This document shows, in pieces, positions 50,867 to 60,812 of a DNA stretch of 64,000 nucleotides (its first letter is position 1; every line of letters begins with the position of its first letter). A model generated the notes under the pieces. It ran no database searches. It worked only from the letters and a program-made list of their open reading frames with translations, and was not told the DNA's origin. The stretch comes from Epithemia pelagica (taxonomy: Eukaryota; Protista; Bacillariophyta): contig OX337242.1 of NCBI GenBank assembly GCA_946965045.2, positions 2,728,001-2,792,000 on the forward strand. Direction: 5' to 3'. The translations under genes were made by a program, and so were the position numbers.

Positions 50867-52430
50867 GGTGAAATCAGAACTTGAGGAGCAGGGTAACAAG
50901 CTTCCGAAACGAAACTTTGGGCCGCTCCGAAACAATGGGCGAAGCAAGGCAAGGGTCGCTACATCGATCTTCTTGGGAAGGTATATCCTTAACGGATCAT
51001 GGGACTGATTCAACGCCAGACTCTCTAAGTAATTGTTTCCTTTCGTGCGTTGGATAAAGTGAGAGTAGATGTCGGTGAGTCGGCTGGCGCGATGTTCCAT
51101 CAAATACGAGTACTATTGTATGAAAGAGCGTGCTTGTAAACGTCGCTGAATATAACGGGTGCACGAACTGTATTCGCTGAAAAATTGGTTGGGATCCGTG
51201 CGACTAAAAGAGGTGCGCATGATCGACTGACATTTACTGACTGTCTGTATGCACTATCTTCATGTCGTTCGAATATTTACCTACAGCCCGTCGGACAATA
51301 CGTGATCTACCCTACATTGTGGTGGGTCCCGGGTTTTACGCTCCGGGCGGTCTCTCTGCTGGCGTCAAAGCGCGTGGGGCGAACCAGTCTTCTCCAAGGA
51401 TTTTTGTTGGAACACGGCGTCGGTTGGGAGACACCACACAGACACGGTGGAGATTCTTGTCGTCTCTCCCTCCTTTCGAAACGACAGAACATGGTGTGAT
51501 GCCTGAATGCTAGAAGTACTGCGACTACCGACCAACGTCCAAGGACCCAGACTCTGTTTGTGGGTGACCAAAATGGTTTGTGGATGATGCACCCACAAGG
51601 CGACTCTCTACCAACAACAACAACAACAACAAGACTACAGCACAATGATCCGGGAGGCATTGTGTGCGGTCAATCTATCTTTTCATCTCTGATACAAAGA
51701 CAAGAAGAGACGACGCATTCCTGCCCCCGAATGTGCCCTTGTGCGTGGCTACCCCCCCCCCCCCAAGTTCCGAATCGGAGAGCAACGGTAGACAAACTAG
51801 GTAGTAGTACGCAGTTGCCGCAGCGTTGGACTCCTTGGTTCTCTCTCTCTCTCTCTTTATCCTAGAGATACAGGATGGAGTCGTTCCCCAACCTGTCGAG
51901 TTCTCGACCCACAGACAGTAAACGAGGGCGCTTCTCGTGCCCCCTCCGAGAACTCATGGAACACAACAGACCAGAGTGTCGCTGGATTCGTGGACCTGTG
52001 CATTCTCACACAGACACACACACACACACAAAACAAACTGTTTGACCAACGACGACATACTACCTACTACTTGACTGTAGAGGAATGTCATGATTGGTTA
52101 GTTTACTGGAAACGAAAACGGAGCATATAGATTTGTACACGGTGGTATCGAACAAAATGGCCTGCATTGTGGTACGGTGTAGACATGCGCACATGTACAT
52201 ATAGATAAGAATGGGTACAAGCGTTTGACCCAATCCTTGTAGTCATAGTAGAGACACACAACAACGACAAGCCGAGTGTGATCAAGGCTTTTCCTTCCTC
52301 CTGCGAGAGAGAACGGAAGAACCGAATGGACCGCCTCCTGGAACCAAAGCCTGCGCGCCTTGGAACAAATACCTGGAACGGCACGGCTTTCCTCCATCCA
52401 TCCATGGCCTGGTTGGTGGTCTCATGATGA

Positions 52431-54083
52431 TTAAAAGGTTTGCGTACTTTCGTAGCCTCCCAAACTGTCATCGCTGCTGCTGCGGGTCATGTCGGACGAG
52501 GTCAAGAGGGACGAGGTCTCGCAGGCTTCTTCTTCGTCATATGAGGCGGACCGCTTCTTGTTCGGGACCATGGCTTGTTCTTCTTCTTGTTGCGCCGCCG
52601 CTTGTTGCAAATACCAGTCATCGGGTTGGTATTGCAACAAGGTGCGAATGCCATCGGCCAACATCCAGGCCGAGGAAAAGGCGCCCGTCGCTTCCAAGGC
52701 GAGGCAGAGTCGAATCGTGCCATTCACCACCGAACAATTCATGAACCAGACGGGATAATTGGCCGCGACAATCCGCCAATACAAACTCGCGACAATCGTG
52801 GTAATCAAGGCGCCGGGCAAGCCCGTATTGAAAAAGGCTTGGACGGCGGGAGCCACGCCCATGACCGTGGGGGGAGGCGGGGGTGGCGACATCATGCCAT
52901 CTTCGACAAGGGGTGCGGGCGGTCCGTCCATGTCCACCGTCGTGGTGGTCAAGCGGGCCAAGAGAAACATGCACGTCGTGACACAAATTTGTCGTCCAAT
53001 CAGAAATGCTTTAAAATTTTGTCCCTGGAACACGAGGGCACAATTGGCTTGGGCCGTGGCACTGCCTTCGAGCGCTTCCTTGGGCAACTTGACGACGGCA
53101 AAGACGGCAATTTGCATGGCTTCCATCATGCCCAATCCACACACCAAAGCGACAAACAAGGGCAAGGACACGCTGGGAGGCAAGCCAATGCTCGTTTCAT
53201 TGTCTTGCAGGGCCACATAGGTTACGGCCAAGGCACCGGCCAACAAAATCATGGACAAGACCACTCGGAAGCGATACCAAATCACTGGCCACAGGGATTC
53301 TTCTTGTGGGGCATCGTCTTGGTCGTCCAACTCGTCGTCGTCGTCGTCGTCTGGACTGGAAAAGAACCATTTCAACACATAAACAGCATGCAACAAGCCC
53401 GAAGCTTCCATGGCCAAACACAGGACCGTGGTACTGTACACGGCCGTGTTGTTGATGAAATCGAGCATGCAATTGGTGGCATTGACTTCGGCCGACAATT
53501 GTCCCAAGATTACCGTAATAAACATGCTGGCCAAACCGGAACTGAGCAGGGCTTGGACGGCCATGGGATGGCACCCCGGGATGATGGCGCCTTCGACACT
53601 GGTCGTGGCGAGATTGAGGGCATAGACGACCAAGACGACCAGGAATTGGCGTCCGACAATGAAGCGATTCAAATTGTCGCCGGCGTGGGCCAATTTCGTG
53701 CTTTGGGCGGCCATGGGATGCGAGGCTTGATAGTGTTGGGGCGACACGGGTTGCAAGCCGACCAAGGAACCTTGTCCACCTTCCAACAAACCCAACCAGA
53801 CAATCAAGAGGACCATAAAGCCGAGCGCGAGGGTCGGACCGGCCGATTGCGCCACGGGGGTTTGACGGAATCGAATGCCTTGGACAATCAAAAAGAGACA
53901 ATAGCCCAACAACCCGAGCGAAATACCAATCTTGATCGTCTGGATCCACGAAGCATTGGTCGTGGATTCCTCGGGCTGCGCCTTGTGCGGATCTTCAGGA
54001 TGATGAATGCTGGGAGGTGACAAGGCCGCATCGTCCTGGACTTCCTTCGTTTGGTTTGGTTCTGGTTGCTGATAGCCCTTCAT
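52431..54083 (-). CDS. SIT: Silicon transporter (SIT family), divergent, 550 aa, intronless
   Basis: Multiple TM segments with SIT motifs EGGQ, FIVGRQF, GQL, NCMLDFINN, E(A)MQ, FLIGRQI, GALITTIVAS and CLALEATG. ATG at 54083. Confidence 0.9.
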   Translation of the reverse strand: MKGYQQPEPNQTKEVQDDAALSPPSIHHPEDPHKAQPEESTTNASWIQTIKIGISLGLLGYCLFLIVQGIRFRQTPVAQSAGPTLALGFMVLLIVWLGLLEGGQGSLVGLQPVSPQHYQASHPMAAQSTKLAHAGDNLNRFIVGRQFLVVLVVYALNLATTSVEGAIIPGCHPMAVQALLSSGLASMFITVILGQLSAEVNATNCMLDFINNTAVYSTTVLCLAMEASGLLHAVYVLKWFFSSPDDDDDDELDDQDDAPQEESLWPVIWYRFRVVLSMILLAGALAVTYVALQDNETSIGLPPSVSLPLFVALVCGLGMMEAMQIAVFAVVKLPKEALEGSATAQANCALVFQGQNFKAFLIGRQICVTTCMFLLARLTTTTVDMDGPPAPLVEDGMMSPPPPPPTVMGVAPAVQAFFNTGLPGALITTIVASLYWRIVAANYPVWFMNCSVVNGTIRLCLALEATGAFSSAWMLADGIRTLLQYQPDDWYLQQAAAQQEEEQAMVPNKKRSASYDEEEACETSSLLTSSDMTRSSSDDSLGGYESTQTF

Positions 54084-54283
54084 TTTTGTGTTGCTGGATG
54101 AGTGTGTTTGTGTGAGTGATGGGCTTGTCCCTGATGCGGATTTTATGATTACACAAGGATGGGCGAAGGAAGCCAATGCGGAATGGATTGAAAAGAGAAA
54201 AAAAGATGAGCGAGAGGTTGCAGTCTTGTGAGTATCGGGAGTCGTTTGGGGGACATAACGGTGGATGAAGGTGGAATTTTGTA

Positions 54284-54927
54284 GTGCGTGGCCGTTGGTA
54301 CAGTACGATAATCAGTACCAGCGACGGTTGGTGGAGTCGTTTGTGTGCAAGCTCGTCCGGCGTTTGTACGGCTGAAGGCTAACGAATTTTTCCCGACAAG
54401 CGTGCGAGGAGTCGTGCGATTCCGACCGAAAGACTGGTATTTAAAGAAGCTATTGAGTAAGTAGATGCACCTCACTTATAGATCCTCAAATTGGATAAAC
54501 AGCAAAGACTTATAGATCCTCGTTGCGGCGCGGGCTCTTCACAAGAACGAAAGGAACCAAGACATATGTCGCATCCGGGGAGTCGTTCTGCCTCACGCAA
54601 TCGCCGTTGGTACTGTAGTGACAACAGTACCAGCGACGGTTGGTGGAGTCGTTTGTGTGCAAGCTCGTCCGGCGTTTGTACCGCGGATGGCTCATGTCGG
54701 TCGACGAATTTTTCCTAGAGAGCGTGCGAGGAGTCGTGCGATTCGCACCAATTGATTGGTACTTAAGGAAGCTATTGAGTAAGTAGAGGCACCTCACTTA
54801 TAGATCCTCAAATTGGATAAACAGCAAAGACTTATAGATCCTCGTTGCGGCGCGGGCTCTTCACAAGAACGAAAGGAACCAAGACATATGTCGCATCCGG
54901 GGAGTCGTTCTTCCTCACGCAATCGCC
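54284..54927. repeat. About 322-bp tandem duplication in the SIT/MFS divergent intergenic region
   Basis: 54468-54605 is near-identical to 54790-54927 (offset 322); 54313 and 54625 begin a more diverged part (offset 312). Confidence 0.9.
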
Positions 54928-55301
54928 AAGTGTTTGAAGAGACAGTTGCAGGTCGATTCCGAGCGGTCGCCAAAGCTACTCGAAGCAGTCACAAGAAGGT
55001 GTAACACAGCAGTGTCGTACCGTCATTGCATATATATCAACGATCAACGACAGTCCCCCACACGAACGAAGCAGTCGTTCGACGTGTCTCGAGCTACTCG
55101 CAACCGTTGTTCGACCGTGTCATTGCTGTGCGTGGTGCACCAACGAAACCATACATTCGACTCTCACAAATTTTACCTTTTTCCATCAACGGTCTCCATT
55201 CTCTGTTGTTTTCGATTCATCCATCTCATCCCTTTTGTTCCTGGAGATACCGTGTTCTTCCCTCCGTTCCTTCCTTTCTTCCTTTGCAATTCCATTCCAC
55301 C

Positions 55302-56841
55302 ATGACCAATACCAATACAGACAACACTTCCAATTCCAACAATACGCGATGGGTCTCGATTCGACTCGCCTTTTTGCTCGTATCCTTTTCCTTGGGCCAA
55401 CTCGGCGATGGCTTGAATATATTTCAAGGCATTTATTTGGTCGGACGGGGTTGGAACGAAGCCAGTGTCGGGACAGCCCTGAGTCTCATGGGCTTGACGT
55501 CCTTGTGCATTCAACCCATTGCCGGCGATGTCGTGGACAAGGCGACGATGGATCGCCGATGGTTTCTCGTCGTGGCCAGTGTCGTGACGGCCTTGAGTGC
55601 GTCGGCCATTTTATTCGTGCGACCGGGCAATGTCGATCATGCCTACATGTATGCGAGCAAAGTCGCCGAAGGCTGTGCCAGCAGCTTTATTGGTCCCTGT
55701 TTGGCCGCCTTGACGCTCGCCTCGTATGGTCCCGATGCCTTTGATTCCGTCATGGCGAGCAATATTTTTTGGGGTCATGTCGGTTCCGTCAGTGCCGCCG
55801 TCTTGGCGGGACTCGTGGCGTTTGTGGGATACCCGAATATTCAATATTGCTTTTTGGTCATTGGCGCCTCGGCGCTCGTGGCCATTGTATTTGTGCCGTC
55901 CCTACCGCAAGGCGATCCACTGCTCGGACGAGGCTTTCGACGCCATAGTACCGTCGAGACGACGACGAGTAGTGACGATACGACGGTTTCGTGCGAATCC
56001 ACACCCCTCATGACACCGGCGTCGTCGCAAGATCCATTGGATGACGAACCACAACAACCCATGATGCAGGAATCACCCGTGGTGGAACCGCAAGCCACGT
56101 CCTATGCTCAAGTCTTTTTGGAATACAAGACCTGTCTCTTGTGTTGTACCGGATTTTTCTTTCAGTACGTGGCTTGTCGTTGTTGTCTTGTGTTTCAGGA
56201 ATGCTCCTCTCACAAATCCCTCTTTCTCTCTATGACACAGCTTTGCTAATGCCAATGTCTTGCTCGTCTTGGGCGAATTAATGGGACAATCGAATGATGA
56301 CCAAGACGACGAGTCGTCCTCGTCCTTGAATCGCTGGGCCATTCCCTTTACGGCCGGTGCCATTGTCATGGCCCAACTCACCATGGCCTGGGCCACCCAT
56401 GTCGGGGATGCCCTGACGGCCCGTGGCGTCGGACGCAAACCCCTCTTTTTGGCCGCTTTGGCCAGTTTGCCCATTCGCTGTGCACTCATCATTCTCTGGG
56501 CCGATCAGGGTCATGTGTGGTTATTGTCGACCCAAGTGTTGGATGGCATTGGCGGCGGCTTGTTTGGCTTGATTCATCCCTTGTTGGTGGCCGATTTGAG
56601 TTATGGGACGGGTCGCTTCAATGCCGTCATGGGTTTGACGGCCTCCGCCTTTGGCTTGGGCGCCACCCTGTCCAATTACTTGGGACAAGTCGTCGTCCAA
56701 CACTTTGGCCATGTCGCCAGTTTGACGGCCAGTTTGTGCCTCTCGTTTATTCCGATTGCCCTCTTTTGGCACATGCCCGAAACCTATGGACGACGCAATG
56801 AACAAACAAGAATGGTGGAGACCAAAACCTTGATTGTCTAG
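55302..56841 (+). CDS. Major facilitator superfamily transporter (487 aa), join(55302..56164, 56241..56841)
   Basis: Two hydrophobic halves; GDVVDKATMDRR and GVGRKPLFL loop motifs. Intron 56165-56240 (GTACGT...ACAG) restores FFFH-FANAN. Confidence 0.88.
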
Positions 56842-56895
56842 ACCCAAACCTTGATTGTCTAAAACAACCACAAAAACAAACAACCACACCAACGA

Positions 56896-57036
56896 CACTT
56901 TGGTCGTCCACGTCACTGGATTGCGTGGGATCTCGGTTTTGTATACTACTAAGACTCTTTATAATCCACTTTGGTCGTTCACGCCACTGGTTTGCGTGGG
57001 TTCTAGTTTTATTGTATACTAGGTAGTAAGACTCTT
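56896..57036. repeat. 71-bp diverged tandem duplication downstream of the MFS gene
   Basis: CACTTTGGTCGT...GCGTGGG...GTATACT...AAGACTCTT at 56896 and 56967. Confidence 0.8.
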
Positions 57037-57699
57037 GGAACGGCTCGTACTAGAACCTGTCTTTGTCGTGGAGTAATCGTTTGTGGCACCTCGTTGTTGT
57101 TGGAGAGGGATTTGCTCCATGGGAGGTAGTCCCATTGGCACATGGATCTACTAGGTAGAGAGGTGGTGGTTGCCGTAGGTTCCGGCTGCTTCTTTGTGGA
57201 ACCAACCAACACTAGTACACCTCCAATCATTGTTTCGTGTCTTGAATGGATGGATGCATGGTTGGATTTTGGAGGGTGCATGCGCATGGGTTCTCGTCCT
57301 CGAGAGAGAGACGCTCCCTTCCTCTCTACGTACGACGAGTAGACGAGTAACGAGTATAGACCTCTGCCAGCCAGACTCGACCAGGGCAGGAGCTGTTGCG
57401 CGCGCAGTCCATTCAATTGGTTGTCATGTCGTGGGCCAACCAACAATCTCGTGACAGCCAGAATCCATTCTTGTGGGTAGGTAGAGATTGTGCGATCTAT
57501 CTAAGTCGTGGTGGCAGTGAGTGAAACGAATGGATTGGTCTTGGTATGCCGTTCCCCATGCCAGAACACACAAGTTTGCGTTTGTCTCACAGAACCAATG
57601 AATGACAGCGGCCGTGGTGGAACGGACACGACCCAAAGCTCTCGACACGAGAGAGACAGAAAAAGAAAGAGAGACTGTGTCAGCGTAACAAGAAAAAGT

Positions 57700-57933
57700 G
57701 TACCCCAGGAAGCCGCCAACGATGCCTACTGGATCGAGTATTTGAAACAGGGCCTCGTGGTGGCCAATGACAAGGCCACCAGTCATGCCCAACGCATTGG
57801 CAAATATGCTCTGCTACCAACTGACTTGTTTACGGAAAAGGCAGGCGAACTCACACCCACCTTGAAACTCAAGCGTTCCGTGACTGCTGACAAGTACAAG
57901 GACCTTATTGAGACCATTATGCCTCATAGATGA
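57700..57933 (+). pseudogene. Orphan C-terminal fragment of a long-chain acyl-CoA synthetase (ACSBG/bubblegum-like)
   Basis: ANDKATSHAQRIGKYALLPTDLFTEKAGELTPTLKLKRSV-DKYKDLIE matches the ACSBG/LACS C-terminus; no AMP-binding core upstream. Confidence 0.7.
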
Positions 57934-58142
57934 TGCGACCGACTGTGGAACAACGCGATTTCTAGTCTGGGAGACGAGCAAAAAGAACCTAGAAAGAAGA
58001 TTACTGGATGTAGGAATTTGGTGCATTCTAGGAGGTCACAGTCATGACAATTCATGTTTCGATTTCCAATTTATACTTCTTGTGTTGGTCAAAACATGTG
58101 GGACACCCCCAATATACCACTGTATACATGTTTGTCTGTCTT

Positions 58143-58934
58143 CTAGACGGTCCGTAGTTTGGGATAATCCGCAATGACATCTTGGAGGGTCAAGGTTTCC
58201 GATCGATCTTGAGGGGTCCACAAGATTTCGGCACTTTGCAAACAATCCGAAATCTTGGCATCCGTGGCAATGCGTTGCAAGGCTTGTTCCACGTTCGCCA
58301 TGGATCGAATGGCCGGCAAGGTCGTGCAATCGCCGTCAATGGCAATGACCAAGGTCACCACTGCCACTGTCGCCTTGTCACTACTACTACTCGATGATGA
58401 AGAAGAAGTGGTCGAACTCTCGCTGGAATAATTGACACCACCGTATTGACTGATCGCCGTTTCTTGTTCAAATTTTGCTCGTTCTTGAACCACGCGGACA
58501 GTAAAGTTTCGTTGCGCCGGTTCGATCGACTTGAACTTTTGGGACTCGGCATGGGCCGAAACAATGGAAGCCTTGCGTCTCAAGAGTTCCAAGGCCACTT
58601 GACTGGTCAAATTTTGAAGGCCCACACGAGAATCGGTCCGAGCCGTTTGGGCCAATCGATCCAAAATGGACAAGAGGGAATTCTCATCGTCTCGATTGGG
58701 AATTTCCAAGGCGACATTGAGTTGGGCGACCGTGACACCGCGTCCCAAAGCCGACGACGACACCTTGGTATCCAAGGTCGTCGAAGCTCCGGATAGCGAG
58801 GTCCAAACTCCGGATACGGCGCGATTTACGTCATGGAACACAAGAGGGATAACAAAAAAAACGGTTAAATATACAGACAATCCAACAAGGACGACTGTTT
58901 CGGAACGACCCAAAGAACTTACACCCACTTTCAT
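58143..58934 (-). CDS. DUF1517 (FLAP1-like) protein, probably 5'-truncated
   Basis: VTVAQLNVAL, LQNLTSQVALELLRR, ERAKFEQET, VAVVTLVIAI, AEILWTPQDRSETLT and DYPKLRTV match the DUF1517 C-terminal domain. No transit peptide or Gly-rich N-terminus seen. Confidence 0.75.
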   Translation of the reverse strand: MKVGVSSLGRSETVVLVGLSVYLTVFFVIPLVFHDVNRAVSGVWTSLSGASTTLDTKVSSSALGRGVTVAQLNVALEIPNRDDENSLLSILDRLAQTARTDSRVGLQNLTSQVALELLRRKASIVSAHAESQKFKSIEPAQRNFTVRVVQERAKFEQETAISQYGGVNYSSESSTTSSSSSSSSSDKATVAVVTLVIAIDGDCTTLPAIRSMANVEQALQRIATDAKISDCLQSAEILWTPQDRSETLTLQDVIADYPKLRTV

Positions 58935-58974
58935 TTGGAAGCTTGCTTATTCTTGTCCAAGTTCTGATTTCATC

Positions 58975-60006
58975 ATGGCAACCGCTCCGACAGCCATTGC
59001 CGTCTCGGCTCCCGTTCCCGTTCCTGCTCCAGCGGCAGCTCCATTCGATCTCGGACAGACCGGAGATATCGATCAAACGGATCTTGATATTGATTTCAAA
59101 GACGTGGAAAAATTCGTCAAAAAGATTTTTAGCGGTTCCAATTCAGGCATTCTCGTTTTTCTTGGATTCCTTCTCCTCATTGTCCTTGCCGTGATTTTGC
59201 TACGTCCTGGATTGATCCAAAGGCTGTGTCGTCGCATCGGAGCAACCAGATTGTGTCGGGGAAGTGGTACGATTTTCGATATTCTCGATAATCTCGGCGG
59301 TAACACCCGTGATTTGACTCAAGATAGCGAAGAAAGCCAGTGCTTCCTCATGACACCGGCGGATACGACACAAGACAATTCTCCAACTACGACAACCACC
59401 ACCACCACCATGTTGACGCAAGCTCAAGAGCAATTGCAGGCAGTTGCCACCCGCATGGAAGACCACACCGACTTTTCCAACGACAAGCTCCGTTCCCTCT
59501 ACTCTTCCTTGTTGTATGGATTGTTGGATGAATCGGACCAGGATGATGATGAAATCAAGCAAGAAATTGACGGGATGATTGAGCAGGCCATTGGCTTTAT
59601 CGATACCAACAATGATGGAACCATTGATGTTTGGGAGATGGAAAACATTGCCCTTCCTCGTGAGACGGGAGAATTCTTGTTTGACGACGTTGTGGCCTGC
59701 ACGACTCCGGAAATGACTCCCGAAGATGCCTGTGTCACGGCCGACAATGTGATTGCCTTTTTGAACATGTTTTACGGAGGCACACAAGTTGTCAGTCCGG
59801 CCTTGGCCCAACACATTCGTGACGAGAGCGGCACGGATTCCTGCTTTACCCGTCCTGAATTTGAGGCTTCCTTCACCACGGCCGAAGACTTGGAAACCTT
59901 GTCGGCTGGAATGACGTCGCAGCCCATGGATTTGACCTTTGTCTTGACCTTGGCCTTTGGTGTGGGAACGGCTCTCTATGTCTCTCGCTTGTCCTCGTCG
60001 TCGTAA
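58975..60006 (+). CDS. EF-hand membrane-anchored family paralog 4 (343 aa)
   Basis: ATG 58975; TM GILVFLGFLLLIVLAVILL; EF-hand DTNNDGTIDVWE; C-terminal ~200 aa nearly identical to paralog 3. Confidence 0.8.
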   Translation: MATAPTAIAVSAPVPVPAPAAAPFDLGQTGDIDQTDLDIDFKDVEKFVKKIFSGSNSGILVFLGFLLLIVLAVILLRPGLIQRLCRRIGATRLCRGSGTIFDILDNLGGNTRDLTQDSEESQCFLMTPADTTQDNSPTTTTTTTTMLTQAQEQLQAVATRMEDHTDFSNDKLRSLYSSLLYGLLDESDQDDDEIKQEIDGMIEQAIGFIDTNNDGTIDVWEMENIALPRETGEFLFDDVVACTTPEMTPEDACVTADNVIAFLNMFYGGTQVVSPALAQHIRDESGTDSCFTRPEFEASFTTAEDLETLSAGMTSQPMDLTFVLTLAFGVGTALYVSRLSSSS

Positions 60007-60812
60007 AGAACAAAAGAGTCAAGACGGGTCAACTGAACTCCATCCTTCACGTTCGTTCATCCACCCTTGCTTCTCATTGCCCCACGAAAACCAATGCATG
60101 TCAACATTCAATCGATTCGGTTGTTCTCACCAAGGCAGTGCCCATACTAATCTAGCTTATTACTATCAAGACCGACTGTTTCTCGTAGAACGAACGATAT
60201 CAATCTTCCTGATACGTGATAAAACCGACTGATTCTAAAAGAACGAATGATAGCAGTAACCTTCTAGCCAGGACTTTTAGCTCGAATTGTAAAACAGGAT
60301 GATTCGAATACTGGTATAGACCCTTGGATAGCAATGATCCTATCTCTGCATGGACGAGTCGCTCCGATTTGCAAAGTTCGATAGATTGTCTATCACAAGG
60401 ATTCCCCCTCCGACGACGAACGGTATAATGTATTCTATACAATTTATAGGTAGTTTTAGGATGGGAGGACGATCCTGCGGGGACCAGACCCCTTGGTATT
60501 TATAATAATAGAGATCCCTGCCTCTCCCCACGGCACGGACTCTCTTTGTATGTGTGCCCCTTGGGAGCGGTGATTTTGTTCCCGTCAGTATTATCATCAT
60601 TCTCATGATCCGGACACGGGTGACAGCAACAAGGATTGGGAGGAGGAGTACCGTGTAATGGCATTCGTCGTGTTGTTGTTGCTGTGCTGGTGCTGCTGGT
60701 GGACGCTGCTCTCCTGGCTTGTAGTGCTGGTCTGGGAACTGCTTTGTTGGGACACCAAGGAAGATGCGGACGAGGAGAGCAACGAAGTTCACGAGGCATT
60801 GAGGGAAGATGA

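Noticed and set aside
52575-54020. Long + strand ORF (481 aa)
   Set aside because: Antisense shadow of the SIT gene with no protein-like features. The same applies to 1948-2496, 13727-14410, 43980-44888, 49817-50602, 59200-59814 and 61089-62075.
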